From Candidatus Acetothermia bacterium (GTDB lineage: Bacteria > Bipolaricaulota > Bipolaricaulia > M55B111), in contig JBKGZS010000002.1 of the NCBI GenBank assembly GCA_046543285.1, positions 1-56,484 of the forward strand: DNA of 56,484 nt. Direction: 5' to 3'. The position numbers were made by a program, and so were the translations under genes. Shown here piece after piece: positions 47,648 to 56,419 of the stretch. The notes under the pieces are model-generated. The model saw nothing but the letters and a program-made list of their open reading frames with translations. It was not told where the DNA came from and did no database searches. The first letter of the stretch is position 1. Each line of letters begins with the position of its first letter.

Positions 47648-48649
47648 CTATCTGAGATGCCTTTCGTATATCTGTAGATAACGCTCTCCAATGTTTTCGA
47701 GCCGATGCTGGTCCGCCATTTCCTTGGCATTACTAACCAGGCTCTCTCGCAAATCTTCGTTTTCGATACCCTTCTCGATCAACTTGACAAACTGATCCAG
47801 AGAGTTTCCTTTGAGGCAATTATCGCCGTCCTTCAGCCAGCCCTGATAGACGGGAAGGTCTCGGGTCACAATTGGAATGCCTCGGGTAGCGGCTTCCAGT
47901 AAGACGATCCCCTGATTTTCCTCGTAGGAAGGGAAAAAGAAGAGATCTCCTGATGAATAAGCTGCCTGGATATCTTCCACGTACCCGGTAAAGGTCATGT
48001 TGGCGGGTGCATTGGCAATTGCCTGGTCCATGTCCCTGTCGTACATCATCAGCTTGTTCATCCTGGAACCAAACCAGATGAATTCGTATTGGGGTAACAG
48101 ATGGGCAGCCTGAACGAACAAACTAATTGCTTTACGAGCAATTACCTGGCCTACCCCGATGACCGTGGGTTTGTTCAGGTCAAATTTATCCCTGTATTTT
48201 TTTCTCTTCTTTCTGGAGAACTTGACTTTCTCGTAGTCCACTCCGTTACTTACCACTCTTATTTTCTCCTCGCTGACCCCGAAATCGATAATCATATCTC
48301 TTGTATAGGAGGAAGGTGTAATTACCAGGTCACCGCTCCGATAGAAAGTCACCAACCAGCGAATGAATGGTTTGGATAGCAGACGGGAAAAAGTGAAGCC
48401 TCCGATTACGTCCTTGCCTGAGTGGGCAAATACGATGCCCAGCTTGCCTTTTCGTTGGGCCTGTTTCAAACGTATCAGTGAAATAGGGCTGCACCAATTG
48501 GCATGAAAGACTTCGTAGGGCTCTGATGGTTTCTCTTTGACGTTTACGTCCACGAACCGAAGGGCCTTACTCTGCTGTTTTACGGCAGCTGTGATCCCGT
48601 GAGTTCCAAACATAGTGGGATCTTCATACACGCAGACATTTCTAATCAT
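47648..48649 (-). CDS. Glycosyltransferase family 4 (GT-B, group 1)
   Basis: 333 aa. EX7E-type motif FFFPSYEENQGIVLLEA. Confidence 0.8.
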   Translation of the reverse strand: MIRNVCVYEDPTMFGTHGITAAVKQQSKALRFVDVNVKEKPSEPYEVFHANWCSPISLIRLKQAQRKGKLGIVFAHSGKDVIGGFTFSRLLSKPFIRWLVTFYRSGDLVITPSSYTRDMIIDFGVSEEKIRVVSNGVDYEKVKFSRKKRKKYRDKFDLNKPTVIGVGQVIARKAISLFVQAAHLLPQYEFIWFGSRMNKLMMYDRDMDQAIANAPANMTFTGYVEDIQAAYSSGDLFFFPSYEENQGIVLLEAATRGIPIVTRDLPVYQGWLKDGDNCLKGNSLDQFVKLIEKGIENEDLRESLVSNAKEMADQHRLENIGERYLQIYERHLR

Positions 48650-48805
48650 ACCATCACCTGTTTATTTATAGTTATCTTATTGTAGTTATTAGTCAATTAA
48701 ATAAATACTATTACCCACAAAGCGTTTAGCCGACTATTATAGAAAAGCATATAGTTTCTCTTCCTGGTTCGCAAATAGCTCGCATAAGCCTGGTGGGGCT
48801 CCGGG

Positions 48806-48834
48806 TTGGAAAAGTGACTCTGATCGGGTATATT
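48806..48834 (+). promoter_or_regulatory. Predicted sigma-70-type promoter for the acyltransferase gene
   Basis: TTGGAA (48806-11)-17 nt-TATATT (48829-34) in a very AT-rich divergent spacer. Confidence 0.35.
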
Positions 48835-48918
48835 ACTACGGCTGGCTAATAGGTTGGTATCTCGCTAATAATTCTTATAAAATCAGAAGCAACTTTTTAG
48901 TGTATCTAAATTTCCACT

Positions 48919-50211
48919 ATGAGTCTGTTTTTTTATCGATTGATTGGAATCCTATTCCGCGCTGGGTTACGCCCTTTTTATGATGTGGAAGTCAAAGGTC
49001 TTGGCAACTATAGTGAAACACCTTCTACCTTAATCGTTGCCAACCACAAACGAGATCTCGACTCCATACTGCTTGCCTCTCTGTTTCACTTTCATCGTGA
49101 TCTCTTGCGTCCCGGGAAACCTATCTCTTTCATGGGTTCCAAAAGTCTTTTTGAACCGGGGTTTTTAGGCACCTGGTTGAATGCTCCGGAGTTTGTCAGG
49201 AAAATCTTGGTTTTTATTCCCCTGGATAGAATTCTCCGGGGCTTAAATGCTTATCCCATTGGAAATCTTGAGTTTCGCTCGATACCGACTCATGAGGCTC
49301 TTCGCCTCATCGCGAAGAGGGATGGGAACTGTAAGATCAGGGAAATTATAACCGAAGATTCCATGGATCGTGTTGCTGATAGATTGTCTCTCGAGACCCC
49401 AGAAATGAGGATCAAGGATTACCTCGACCAAAAGGCTTACCCGCGGAAGAAAATTAAGCTGCAATGGTTGAGGAAGCCGTACCGAAAGACACTCAAGCGT
49501 AATACGCTGGAACTAGTCAAAGCACAACTTGGGACGTTTGTAAAGCTGTTGAACGAGGGGGGTATCTTATACATAACTCCTGAAGGCCAGCTTTCAACGA
49601 ACGGATTGTTGGGGCCTTTGAAAGACAGCCTTTTGATACTCATTGAGGAAACGGATCCTACCATTACCGTAACCCCGACCAACATTACCTACGATTTCAT
49701 GACCGCCGGAAAAGCTCGGATATTTGTTAACGTGGGTGAGGAAATGAAGGACTTTTCCGGACTGAGTCAAAAACAGAAAAAGAAGAGTATCCGCCGCTCC
49801 ATTCTGGAGCTGACCACGGTTACCATGAGCCAGTTGGGAAGCAACCAGCTGGTTAGATTGGTTGAGAATGAAACCTTGCGGATCTCGGAAGACAGCTTGC
49901 GGGAGAGGGTCTTGGAAAAGCTCGAGTGTTTAAAAGACGAAGATCTTTTCTTTGATGAGCGCTTACTGGATACTAGGAAGGCTGCAAGAAGATGGGAGCT
50001 GTTTTTGGAATATTGCCTTCGAGAAGAAATACTTACTCCTGAATCCGGGGGCAAATTAGCTATCGATCCAGAGTTGGGGTATGACTCTAGCGCCTCAGAC
50101 CGCTTGAATCGGGATGAACGAATTGGTTATAAGCAAGACCCAGTTCGTTATTGTAACAATGAATTGTCGGCTTTGTCCCAGATCGATTTGGTCTCCTTGC
50201 CAAGGAAATAA
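48919..50211 (+). CDS. Lysophospholipid (PlsC-like) acyltransferase family protein with a long C-terminal extension
   Basis: 430 aa. HX4D motif (VANHKRDLDS) and ITPEG motif. The C-terminal ~170 aa are unassigned. Confidence 0.7.
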   Translation: MSLFFYRLIGILFRAGLRPFYDVEVKGLGNYSETPSTLIVANHKRDLDSILLASLFHFHRDLLRPGKPISFMGSKSLFEPGFLGTWLNAPEFVRKILVFIPLDRILRGLNAYPIGNLEFRSIPTHEALRLIAKRDGNCKIREIITEDSMDRVADRLSLETPEMRIKDYLDQKAYPRKKIKLQWLRKPYRKTLKRNTLELVKAQLGTFVKLLNEGGILYITPEGQLSTNGLLGPLKDSLLILIEETDPTITVTPTNITYDFMTAGKARIFVNVGEEMKDFSGLSQKQKKKSIRRSILELTTVTMSQLGSNQLVRLVENETLRISEDSLRERVLEKLECLKDEDLFFDERLLDTRKAARRWELFLEYCLREEILTPESGGKLAIDPELGYDSSASDRLNRDERIGYKQDPVRYCNNELSALSQIDLVSLPRK

Positions 50212-51071
50212 TGACCTGTGAAGAGCTGTGGGGAGAGCAGGGATTGCGCGGGTTCTTGCAAAGATTTGGCATCCGGCCCGATGAGAAAAGTGGTCAGCAT
50301 TTTCTGCACGATCCCTCCGTCCTCCACCGAATAACAAACGCAGGGGGGAGTTCCGACGGTGCAGTGGAAATCGGATCGGGGGTAGGTAATCTCACCTGCT
50401 TACTGGCAAACCGACATGAGGACCTCTGGGCTATCGAGATAGATGAGCGGTTTCAAGCCCCTTTCCAGGAGAACCTTTCCGGTCAGCCCCACGTGGAATT
50501 TATCTGCAGGAATTATTTGGAGTTGAATATTGCCGAGCTGGCGCTACCGGAGCGGAGAGAAACCACTCTTTACGGTAATATTCCTTACCATCTCACCTCT
50601 CCTATTCTCAGAAAAGCCATGAATGAACATCGTTTTTTTGACCAGGCAATTCTCACTCTTCAGAGGGAAGTAGCAAGGAAAGTACTGGCCGAGCCGGGTA
50701 CCAGAGAGGTTACCCCGCTGACATTTCTGACCTACTGCTATGCCGATTCTTCACTAGTAACCGAAATAGAGCCAGAGTCCTTTTACCCCGCACCAGAAGT
50801 TGCTTCTTCAGCAGTCAAATTTTCTTTTCTGGAGACCCCTCGGATAAGTACTGATAGAGATCTGTTTTTCAAAGTGGTCCGGGCCGTTTTTAAATACCGA
50901 CGAAAAACGATTAGAAACGCCCTGAAGGAGGCCCCGGAATTGAATCTCTCCCCCAAACGCGTGGACTCGATCTTATCTACCTCTGATGTGTCCAGAAACG
51001 CAAGACCGGAACAACTTGACTTTACTGATTTTCGCAGCTTGACCCTTTCTTTTCGGCGTTTGGTTGAATAG
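50211..51071 (+). CDS. rsmA: 16S rRNA (adenine1518/1519-N6)-dimethyltransferase RsmA/KsgA
   Basis: 286 aa. SGQHFLHD and VEIGSGVGNLT motifs. The ATG overlaps the upstream stop (TAATG). Confidence 0.85.
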   Translation: MTCEELWGEQGLRGFLQRFGIRPDEKSGQHFLHDPSVLHRITNAGGSSDGAVEIGSGVGNLTCLLANRHEDLWAIEIDERFQAPFQENLSGQPHVEFICRNYLELNIAELALPERRETTLYGNIPYHLTSPILRKAMNEHRFFDQAILTLQREVARKVLAEPGTREVTPLTFLTYCYADSSLVTEIEPESFYPAPEVASSAVKFSFLETPRISTDRDLFFKVVRAVFKYRRKTIRNALKEAPELNLSPKRVDSILSTSDVSRNARPEQLDFTDFRSLTLSFRRLVE

Positions 51072-51143
51072 GAAAGCCTGTCGGAAAATGTAACCTGATA
51101 TCCCTCTCCGGCCCCAAATATCTAACCCTCACATGCTTCTCTC

Positions 51144-51172
51144 TTGAAACGTGGACTAGGGTGTCATATCAT
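51144..51172 (+). promoter_or_regulatory. Predicted sigma-70-type promoter for rpsI
   Basis: TTGAAA (51144-49)-17 nt-TATCAT (51167-72), about 35 nt upstream of the rpsI ATG. Confidence 0.4.
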
Positions 51173-51204
51173 TATTGAGAATTGAGGGAGGTAAGTTATT
51201 TCCT

Positions 51205-51630
51205 ATGGCAGAACCAGCTGTAGTACAGAAAAATCGTGCTCATTGTGTAGGCCGAAGGAAAGAATCGGTAGCTAGGGTGTACCTGGAGGAAGGAGAAGGG
51301 GAGATCACCGTAAACGGAAAACCGGGAATTGACTACTTCCAGCCTTTACCTTTTACCGAAAAGGTTTTAAATACTGTTCTTCTGAAGCCATTTGTGGTGA
51401 CTAATACCCAGAACAACTATAACGTTGAAGCCCAGGTCGAGGGTGGAGGATACAAAGGCCAGCTCGAAGCTCTACAGCATGGAATTGCTCGGGCCCTAAC
51501 TGCTTTTGATGAAAATTACAAACCCGCCCTTAAGGAATACGATCTTCTCACACGGGATCCCAGAATGGTGGAGCGCAAGAAATATGGACGCCACAAAGCC
51601 CGTCGCGGTCAACAGTTCTCCAAGCGATAA
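51205..51630 (+). CDS. rpsI: 30S ribosomal protein S9
   Basis: Trimmed to ATG 51205. GRRKESVARV, GGGYKGQLEALQHGIARAL and the C-terminal KKYGRHKARRGQQFSKR. Confidence 0.9.
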   Translation: MAEPAVVQKNRAHCVGRRKESVARVYLEEGEGEITVNGKPGIDYFQPLPFTEKVLNTVLLKPFVVTNTQNNYNVEAQVEGGGYKGQLEALQHGIARALTAFDENYKPALKEYDLLTRDPRMVERKKYGRHKARRGQQFSKR

Positions 51631-51739
51631 ATACTGCTTTCATTATCAGTTACTATCTTTTGGCTTTTAAGAACCATTACTTGAATACTGCTTTGGATTT
51701 TTGTCGTGCCAGCTATTTGCTACCGGGGTGTGAGAATCT

Positions 51740-52036
51740 ATGAAGGAAGAAATTCATCCGGAATTACGAAAAGTTACTGTCCACTGTGCTTGCGGCGCTG
51801 AGTACGAGACTCTCTCCACCAAAGAAGATTTACGCGTAGATGTCTGTTCCAACTGCCATCCGTTCTATACTGGGGAGTCTCGATTCCTGGACTCAGAGGG
51901 CCGTATTAGCAAATTCGAAAAGAAGTACGGTTCTTCCGAATCTTCAGCTACTGAGGAAAGTCCGGAGGAGGAAGAGACCCAGGAATCAGCATCCCAACAG
52001 GATTCGGTTTCGGAAGATGAAGACGACGACGAATAG
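51740..52036 (+). CDS. rpmE: 50S ribosomal protein L31 (Cys-containing type A) with an acidic C-terminal extension
   Basis: [19 protein letters not shown]...[12 protein letters not shown]...KFEKKYG is L31. It is followed by ~34 Ser/Glu/Asp-rich residues ending EDEDDDE. Confidence 0.9.
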   Translation: MKEEIHPELRKVTVHCACGAEYETLSTKEDLRVDVCSNCHPFYTGESRFLDSEGRISKFEKKYGSSESSATEESPEEEETQESASQQDSVSEDEDDDE

Positions 52037-52074
52037 CTTTTAGTTTAAATCCTATGAGATAAGAAGGTCGACAA

Positions 52075-52986
52075 ATGCCTGTGGGCGGCCAAGCCGTAAT
52101 CGAGGGAGTTTTGATGCGCAATGAGGATCGCCTTGCCGTCGCAGTTCGCCGTCAGAGTGACGGCGAAATATTGGTCCGGGATCTCCCTCCCCGCCAACGC
52201 TTCAAACGTTTGAGCAGCATCCCCTTCCTTCGTGGAATATTCAATCTTTACGACATGCTTTCCACGGGCGTTCGAGCATTGAATCTCTCCGCCGATCTCG
52301 CGTTAGAGGAAGAAGGAGAGGAATTTGGATTGAAGGAAATGCTGATTACTTTTACTCTGGCGATTATCATTGCGGTTGGTGGGTTTGTTCTTTTCCCGGT
52401 CTGGGCGACCAATAGTCTCGGCGGTTTGTCCAAGGCAAACCCGATTCTGTTCAATCTGGTTGAAGGTGGAATAAGAATTCTGCTTTTCCTTACGTATCTG
52501 CTGGGAATATCTTGTATGAAAGATATTCGCCGGGTCTTTCAGTACCACGGCGCGGAGCACAAATCCGTACATGCCTACGAACACGGGGAAGAATTGAATG
52601 TGGAGAAGGCTCGAAAATACACAACTCAGCATCCCAGATGTGGTACGGCGTTTCTTATGATTGTACTAATTGTCGCCATTTTGGTCTTTTCCCTGGTTGG
52701 AAACCCTCCGCTGTTAATCAAAGTTGCCAGCCGAATCCTGCTTCTCCCAGTAGTGGCCGGTATCTCCTATGAGATTCTCAGGTTCACCGGAAAACACGTC
52801 GGCAACCCGCTTTTGAAACCGTTTGTTCAACCAGGTCTGTGGTTGCAGAAAATCACCACTGGCGAGCCCAGTGAACGTCAATTGGAAGTTGCTCTAGCCG
52901 CGCTCAAAAGGGTGGTTGAGCCCGATCAAGAACCAAAGAAGAGTGGATCCGTGCCTGAGGGGGCCTCCTCCAATACCTCAAACTAA
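52075..52986 (+). CDS. DUF1385 domain-containing membrane protein
   Basis: 303 aa. GGQAVIEGVLMR and YHGAEHK motifs, plus TM helices. The family is commonly found next to rpmE. Confidence 0.8.
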   Translation: MPVGGQAVIEGVLMRNEDRLAVAVRRQSDGEILVRDLPPRQRFKRLSSIPFLRGIFNLYDMLSTGVRALNLSADLALEEEGEEFGLKEMLITFTLAIIIAVGGFVLFPVWATNSLGGLSKANPILFNLVEGGIRILLFLTYLLGISCMKDIRRVFQYHGAEHKSVHAYEHGEELNVEKARKYTTQHPRCGTAFLMIVLIVAILVFSLVGNPPLLIKVASRILLLPVVAGISYEILRFTGKHVGNPLLKPFVQPGLWLQKITTGEPSERQLEVALAALKRVVEPDQEPKKSGSVPEGASSNTSN

Positions 52987-53082
52987 TTACCGGTTGTCTC
53001 TCTTTTTTCGATCCACTAATCGACATTCAACTTAGTGATGTTCTTGCCCAGATGCAGGGTTTAGCCTCCGCTCTCCAGCCCG

Positions 53083-53928
53083 TTATCTCAAATTCAACTC
53101 TTCTGCCTTTTCCGTTGCTTTGACGATTGCTTTGATCATGGCAACCCTGACCCCCCCTTCTTCCAGTTTCATTATTCCGTCTACTGTTGTGCCTGCGGGG
53201 GTGGTTACCATATCTTTCAGCATTGCGGGATGTTCTCCGGTGGCCAAAACCATCTTGGCGGCCCCCAGCAAAGATTGAGAAGCCAGGGTGGTGGCCAGTT
53301 GTCGGGGAAGTCCCACTTTGACCCCAGCTTCAATTAAGGCTTCGATGATCAGATATCCGTAAGCAGGCCCACTTCCGGACAGACCTGTGACAGCGTTCAT
53401 CAACTGCTCTTCTTGTAGTAACTTTACTCTCCCCACCGGGGTAAACAACTTGCGGGCCAGCTCAATGTCATCTTCAGTTGCTAACTGACCCGGACAGAGG
53501 ACGGTGATTCCTTCATTTACGGTAACTGGTGTATTGGGCATTGCCCGTATCACCGCTACTTTGGACTTCAAGCGACTTTCAATATAATTTGTTTCCACGG
53601 CGGCCGCAACCGAAATAATCAGTTGCTCTTCGGTAACCAATTTGCCGATCTCCTCAGTTACTACCGCCATGACCTGAGGTTTGACGGCCAGGAGCAGAAA
53701 GTCACTTTTCCGAACCAGGGTTTTGTTGTCCGTTAAAATCTCGATGTTCAACTTCTCGGACGCCTTCTCTGCGGTCACCTGGTGAGCAGTACTTCCCACA
53801 ATCTGAGAAGATTTCATGGTGTCGTTATTTATCAGGCCCTCAATGATTGCGTTTCCAATAGTTCCGACGCCGATAACTCCGAGCGTTCCCCGTACTTTGC
53901 TGGCTGCTGTTGATTTCATAGCTACCAT
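53083..53928 (-). CDS. proC: Pyrroline-5-carboxylate reductase
   Basis: Trimmed to ATG 53928, after GGAGG. Rossmann motif VIGVGTIGNAI and the C-terminal P5CR dimerisation domain (TTPAGTT). Confidence 0.85.
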   Translation of the reverse strand: MVAMKSTAASKVRGTLGVIGVGTIGNAIIEGLINNDTMKSSQIVGSTAHQVTAEKASEKLNIEILTDNKTLVRKSDFLLLAVKPQVMAVVTEEIGKLVTEEQLIISVAAAVETNYIESRLKSKVAVIRAMPNTPVTVNEGITVLCPGQLATEDDIELARKLFTPVGRVKLLQEEQLMNAVTGLSGSGPAYGYLIIEALIEAGVKVGLPRQLATTLASQSLLGAAKMVLATGEHPAMLKDMVTTPAGTTVDGIMKLEEGGVRVAMIKAIVKATEKAEELNLR

Positions 53929-54265
53929 TTTACCTCCGCGTGACATGGACTATAAAACGATCCTACATCGAGGATTTCACGTCAAGCAGTATTCTGGGAC
54001 AATTGTCTACTCAGGGGAAAAGGGCTAAGATGTCCTTAATATTCGCTTAAATAGAGCTGAAATGCCACCTGCAATCCAATATAACCGACCAACAAACTTA
54101 ACGGTAGCGCACACGCCGTCGGGAACTATGCTTGGAGCTTGCTGAAGTGGTGACCTTCGTGATGTTGGGCCTCAACTGTGTAGGAAGGATTACGGCTACC
54201 GGAATGATAATCGGACACTCTGAAAAAGCGACAGGGTATTGAACATGGGAATGAGCCAATGTGAG

Positions 54266-54293
54266 TTGTTTGCTCGCTGGCGATCGCTATAAT
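54266..54293 (+). promoter_or_regulatory. Predicted sigma-70-type promoter for gntR-nagB
   Basis: TTGTTT (54266-71)-16 nt-TATAAT (54288-93). Confidence 0.4.
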
Positions 54294-54303
54294 TACTAGG
54301 GGA

Positions 54304-54323
54304 TGGTATGACATGATAGACCA
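54304..54323. promoter_or_regulatory. Candidate GntR/HutC-type operator
   Basis: Imperfect inverted repeat TGGTATGACA|TGATAGACCA (7 of 10 positions symmetric), immediately downstream of the predicted -10. The outer half-sites resemble TGGT.T / A.ACCA of dre-type sites. Confidence 0.3.
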
Positions 54324-54379
54324 GCTGGAGGCTCCTTTCTACTTGCCAGCTTTTAGGGGAATTGGAGGTGCACGATTAA

Positions 54380-55126
54380 GTGAACTCGAGAAGTATTAAC
54401 AAGGGAAGTCCTGTTCCTATCTATTATCAGCTAAAAGAGTTAATCAAAGAGAGGATTGAAAGTGGTTTTTACGAACCTCATGAACGCCTGCCTTCTGAGC
54501 GTCAGCTTGAAAAGCAACACGGTATCTCCCGAATGACTGCTCGTCAGGCGCTTTCCGAGCTTGAATCCGAGGGATATATTTATCGTGAGCAGGGGAAGGG
54601 TTCTTTTGTGGCAGAGCCAAAGTTTCGTCAGGCTCTCCTGGAATTGACGAGCTTCTCGGAGGACATGCAACGTAGAAATCTGGAACCAGGTTCCAAGGTT
54701 CTGAATATTGATGTAGTTGAAGGAGATCGAAAAATGGCGCAGAAAATGGACGCGGCAGGGAATGAAAGCTTTATTAGGCTCAAGCGTCTGCGTCTTGCAG
54801 ATGAAGAGCCTCTGGGAATAGAAACAGCTCATTTGCGAGAGGTTTTCTGTCCAGGGTTGGAGGAATTTGATTTCCAGGACAGGTCTCTGTATTCAACCCT
54901 CCAGAAAGAGTATGACCTCAAGTTTGGGCAAGCTAAACAATCGGTGGAAGCAACAATTGCCAGTGAATTTGAGGCTCGAGTTTTGGGAATTGAAGAAGGA
55001 ACACCGATGCTTGCTACTGAACGGTTCACTCTTTTGGACGACGGTGAAACAATAATCGAGTTTACCCGATCCACCTATCGGGGGGATCGTTACAAACTCT
55101 TCGTTGAACTTCACCGTGAAATCTAA
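54380..55126 (+). CDS. GntR-family (HutC/NagR-like subfamily) transcriptional regulator
   Basis: 248 aa. GTG start 9 nt after GGAGGTG. N-terminal winged HTH (ERQLEKQHGISRMTARQALSELESEGYIYREQGKGSFV) and C-terminal UTRA-like domain. Confidence 0.85.
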   Translation: MNSRSINKGSPVPIYYQLKELIKERIESGFYEPHERLPSERQLEKQHGISRMTARQALSELESEGYIYREQGKGSFVAEPKFRQALLELTSFSEDMQRRNLEPGSKVLNIDVVEGDRKMAQKMDAAGNESFIRLKRLRLADEEPLGIETAHLREVFCPGLEEFDFQDRSLYSTLQKEYDLKFGQAKQSVEATIASEFEARVLGIEEGTPMLATERFTLLDDGETIIEFTRSTYRGDRYKLFVELHREI

Positions 55127-55186
55127 GATTTGACCACAACCGCTATTCTCTTTCTCTATTAATTCTACTTGGAGGTTGGATAGGTC

Positions 55187-55912
55187 TTGGATATTTTAGT
55201 TGAACAGAACTATGAGTCAATGAGTCAGACTGCTGCAAGATTGGTCGCTCGGGAAATACTTCTCGTGCCTGATTTGGTTTTAGGCCTTGCTACAGGGAAT
55301 ACTCCCGTGGGATTTTACAGTGAACTTGTAAAGTTACATGAGGAAAACCTCCTAGACTATTCAAGCCTTAAGACCTTCAACCTGGACGAATACTACCCCA
55401 TACCCCCCTCCCATCCCGAAAGCTTCACTAATTATATGTACGAACGTTTTTTTAATCACGTTAACGTTCCTGAGCAAAATATTTATATCCCCGATGGGAC
55501 AGTTGAGTCAGTTGAAGAGTACTGTAGGAGGTACGAGGAGTGGATAGAAGAGTCGGGAGGGTTGGATCTCCAACTCCTTGGTATCGGGAAAAACGGGCAT
55601 ATTGGTTACAATGAGCCGGGTTGTAGCTGGGATAGTGTGACTAGATTGGTTGAGCTGGACCCGAGGACCATGGAGGGCCAATCTGATAAATTCGATAATC
55701 CCCCGACCCAGGCCCTGACCATGGGAGTAAAGACCATCATGGGTGCGGATCAGATTCTTTTACTTGCTTCAGGTGCTAAAAAGGCCGAGGTGGTGGAGGT
55801 AGCTCTGAATGGACCGGTCACAACTGATGTACCTGCTTCCATCTTGCAGTTGCACCCCAATGTCACCGTAATCCTGGATCGTGAGGCTGCAGCTGAACTT
55901 GATGGTTGTTGA
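55187..55912 (+). CDS. nagB: Glucosamine-6-phosphate deaminase
   Basis: 241 aa, TTG start. LGLATGNTPVGFY and LLGIGKNGHIGYNEPG motifs. Confidence 0.9.
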   Translation: MDILVEQNYESMSQTAARLVAREILLVPDLVLGLATGNTPVGFYSELVKLHEENLLDYSSLKTFNLDEYYPIPPSHPESFTNYMYERFFNHVNVPEQNIYIPDGTVESVEEYCRRYEEWIEESGGLDLQLLGIGKNGHIGYNEPGCSWDSVTRLVELDPRTMEGQSDKFDNPPTQALTMGVKTIMGADQILLLASGAKKAEVVEVALNGPVTTDVPASILQLHPNVTVILDREAAAELDGC

Positions 55913-56023
55913 GGCAAAGCTGGATCCTAGCAGTTGATCCTCATTGAGTCGACCGATAGTATATCAGAGACCGGAATAACGTCCAACTATAGCCGGGATG
56001 ACAAAGGATTGCGTTGATAGCTT

Positions 56024-56419
56024 ATGCATGAATATTCAGTCGCAACTGAATTAATTGAAACTCTTGAACAACAGGTCGAGGAGGAGAAACTCGTTCGGGC
56101 CATCAAGGTTCACCTCAGACTCGGTGAACTTCGCCTCATTTCCAAGGAAGCACTCGAGCAAGCTTACGAAGTCTTGGTAGAAGATACTCTGCTGAAAGAT
56201 TCTTGCCTGGAGTTTGAAGAAGTAGCCATCGAGATTTCCTGTAAGGAATGTAATTTTAAGGGTCCTGTAGAGTATGAGGACGATCCGGCATTTCATTTTT
56301 CAACTCCTGTTCTCTCCTGTCCCCAGTGTGGCGGCTCAGTGGAGATTATCAAGGGCCGTGAGCTGGAAGTCCGAACCCTGACCGTGAGGGAGATTGACGA
56401 TGAGCAAAGTGGTCGCTAA
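56024..56419 (+). CDS. hypA: Hydrogenase nickel-incorporation protein HypA
   Basis: 131 aa. MHEYS N-terminal nickel site and CKEC...CPQCG zinc site. Confidence 0.85.
   Translation: MHEYSVATELIETLEQQVEEEKLVRAIKVHLRLGELRLISKEALEQAYEVLVEDTLLKDSCLEFEEVAIEISCKECNFKGPVEYEDDPAFHFSTPVLSCPQCGGSVEIIKGRELEVRTLTVREIDDEQSGR

Noticed and set aside
37161-51174. The block between rplM and rpsI as a horizontally acquired genomic island.
   Set aside because: It contains core genes (uvrA, uvrC, rsmA). There are no integrase, tRNA or flanking repeats. I could not compute a compositional shift by eye. It is reported only as a synteny break.
54280-54287. GCGATCGC, the cyanobacterial HIP1 palindrome.
   Set aside because: I noticed only this one copy in the window. 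HIP1 genomes carry it about once per kb, so this is a chance occurrence inside the promoter spacer.
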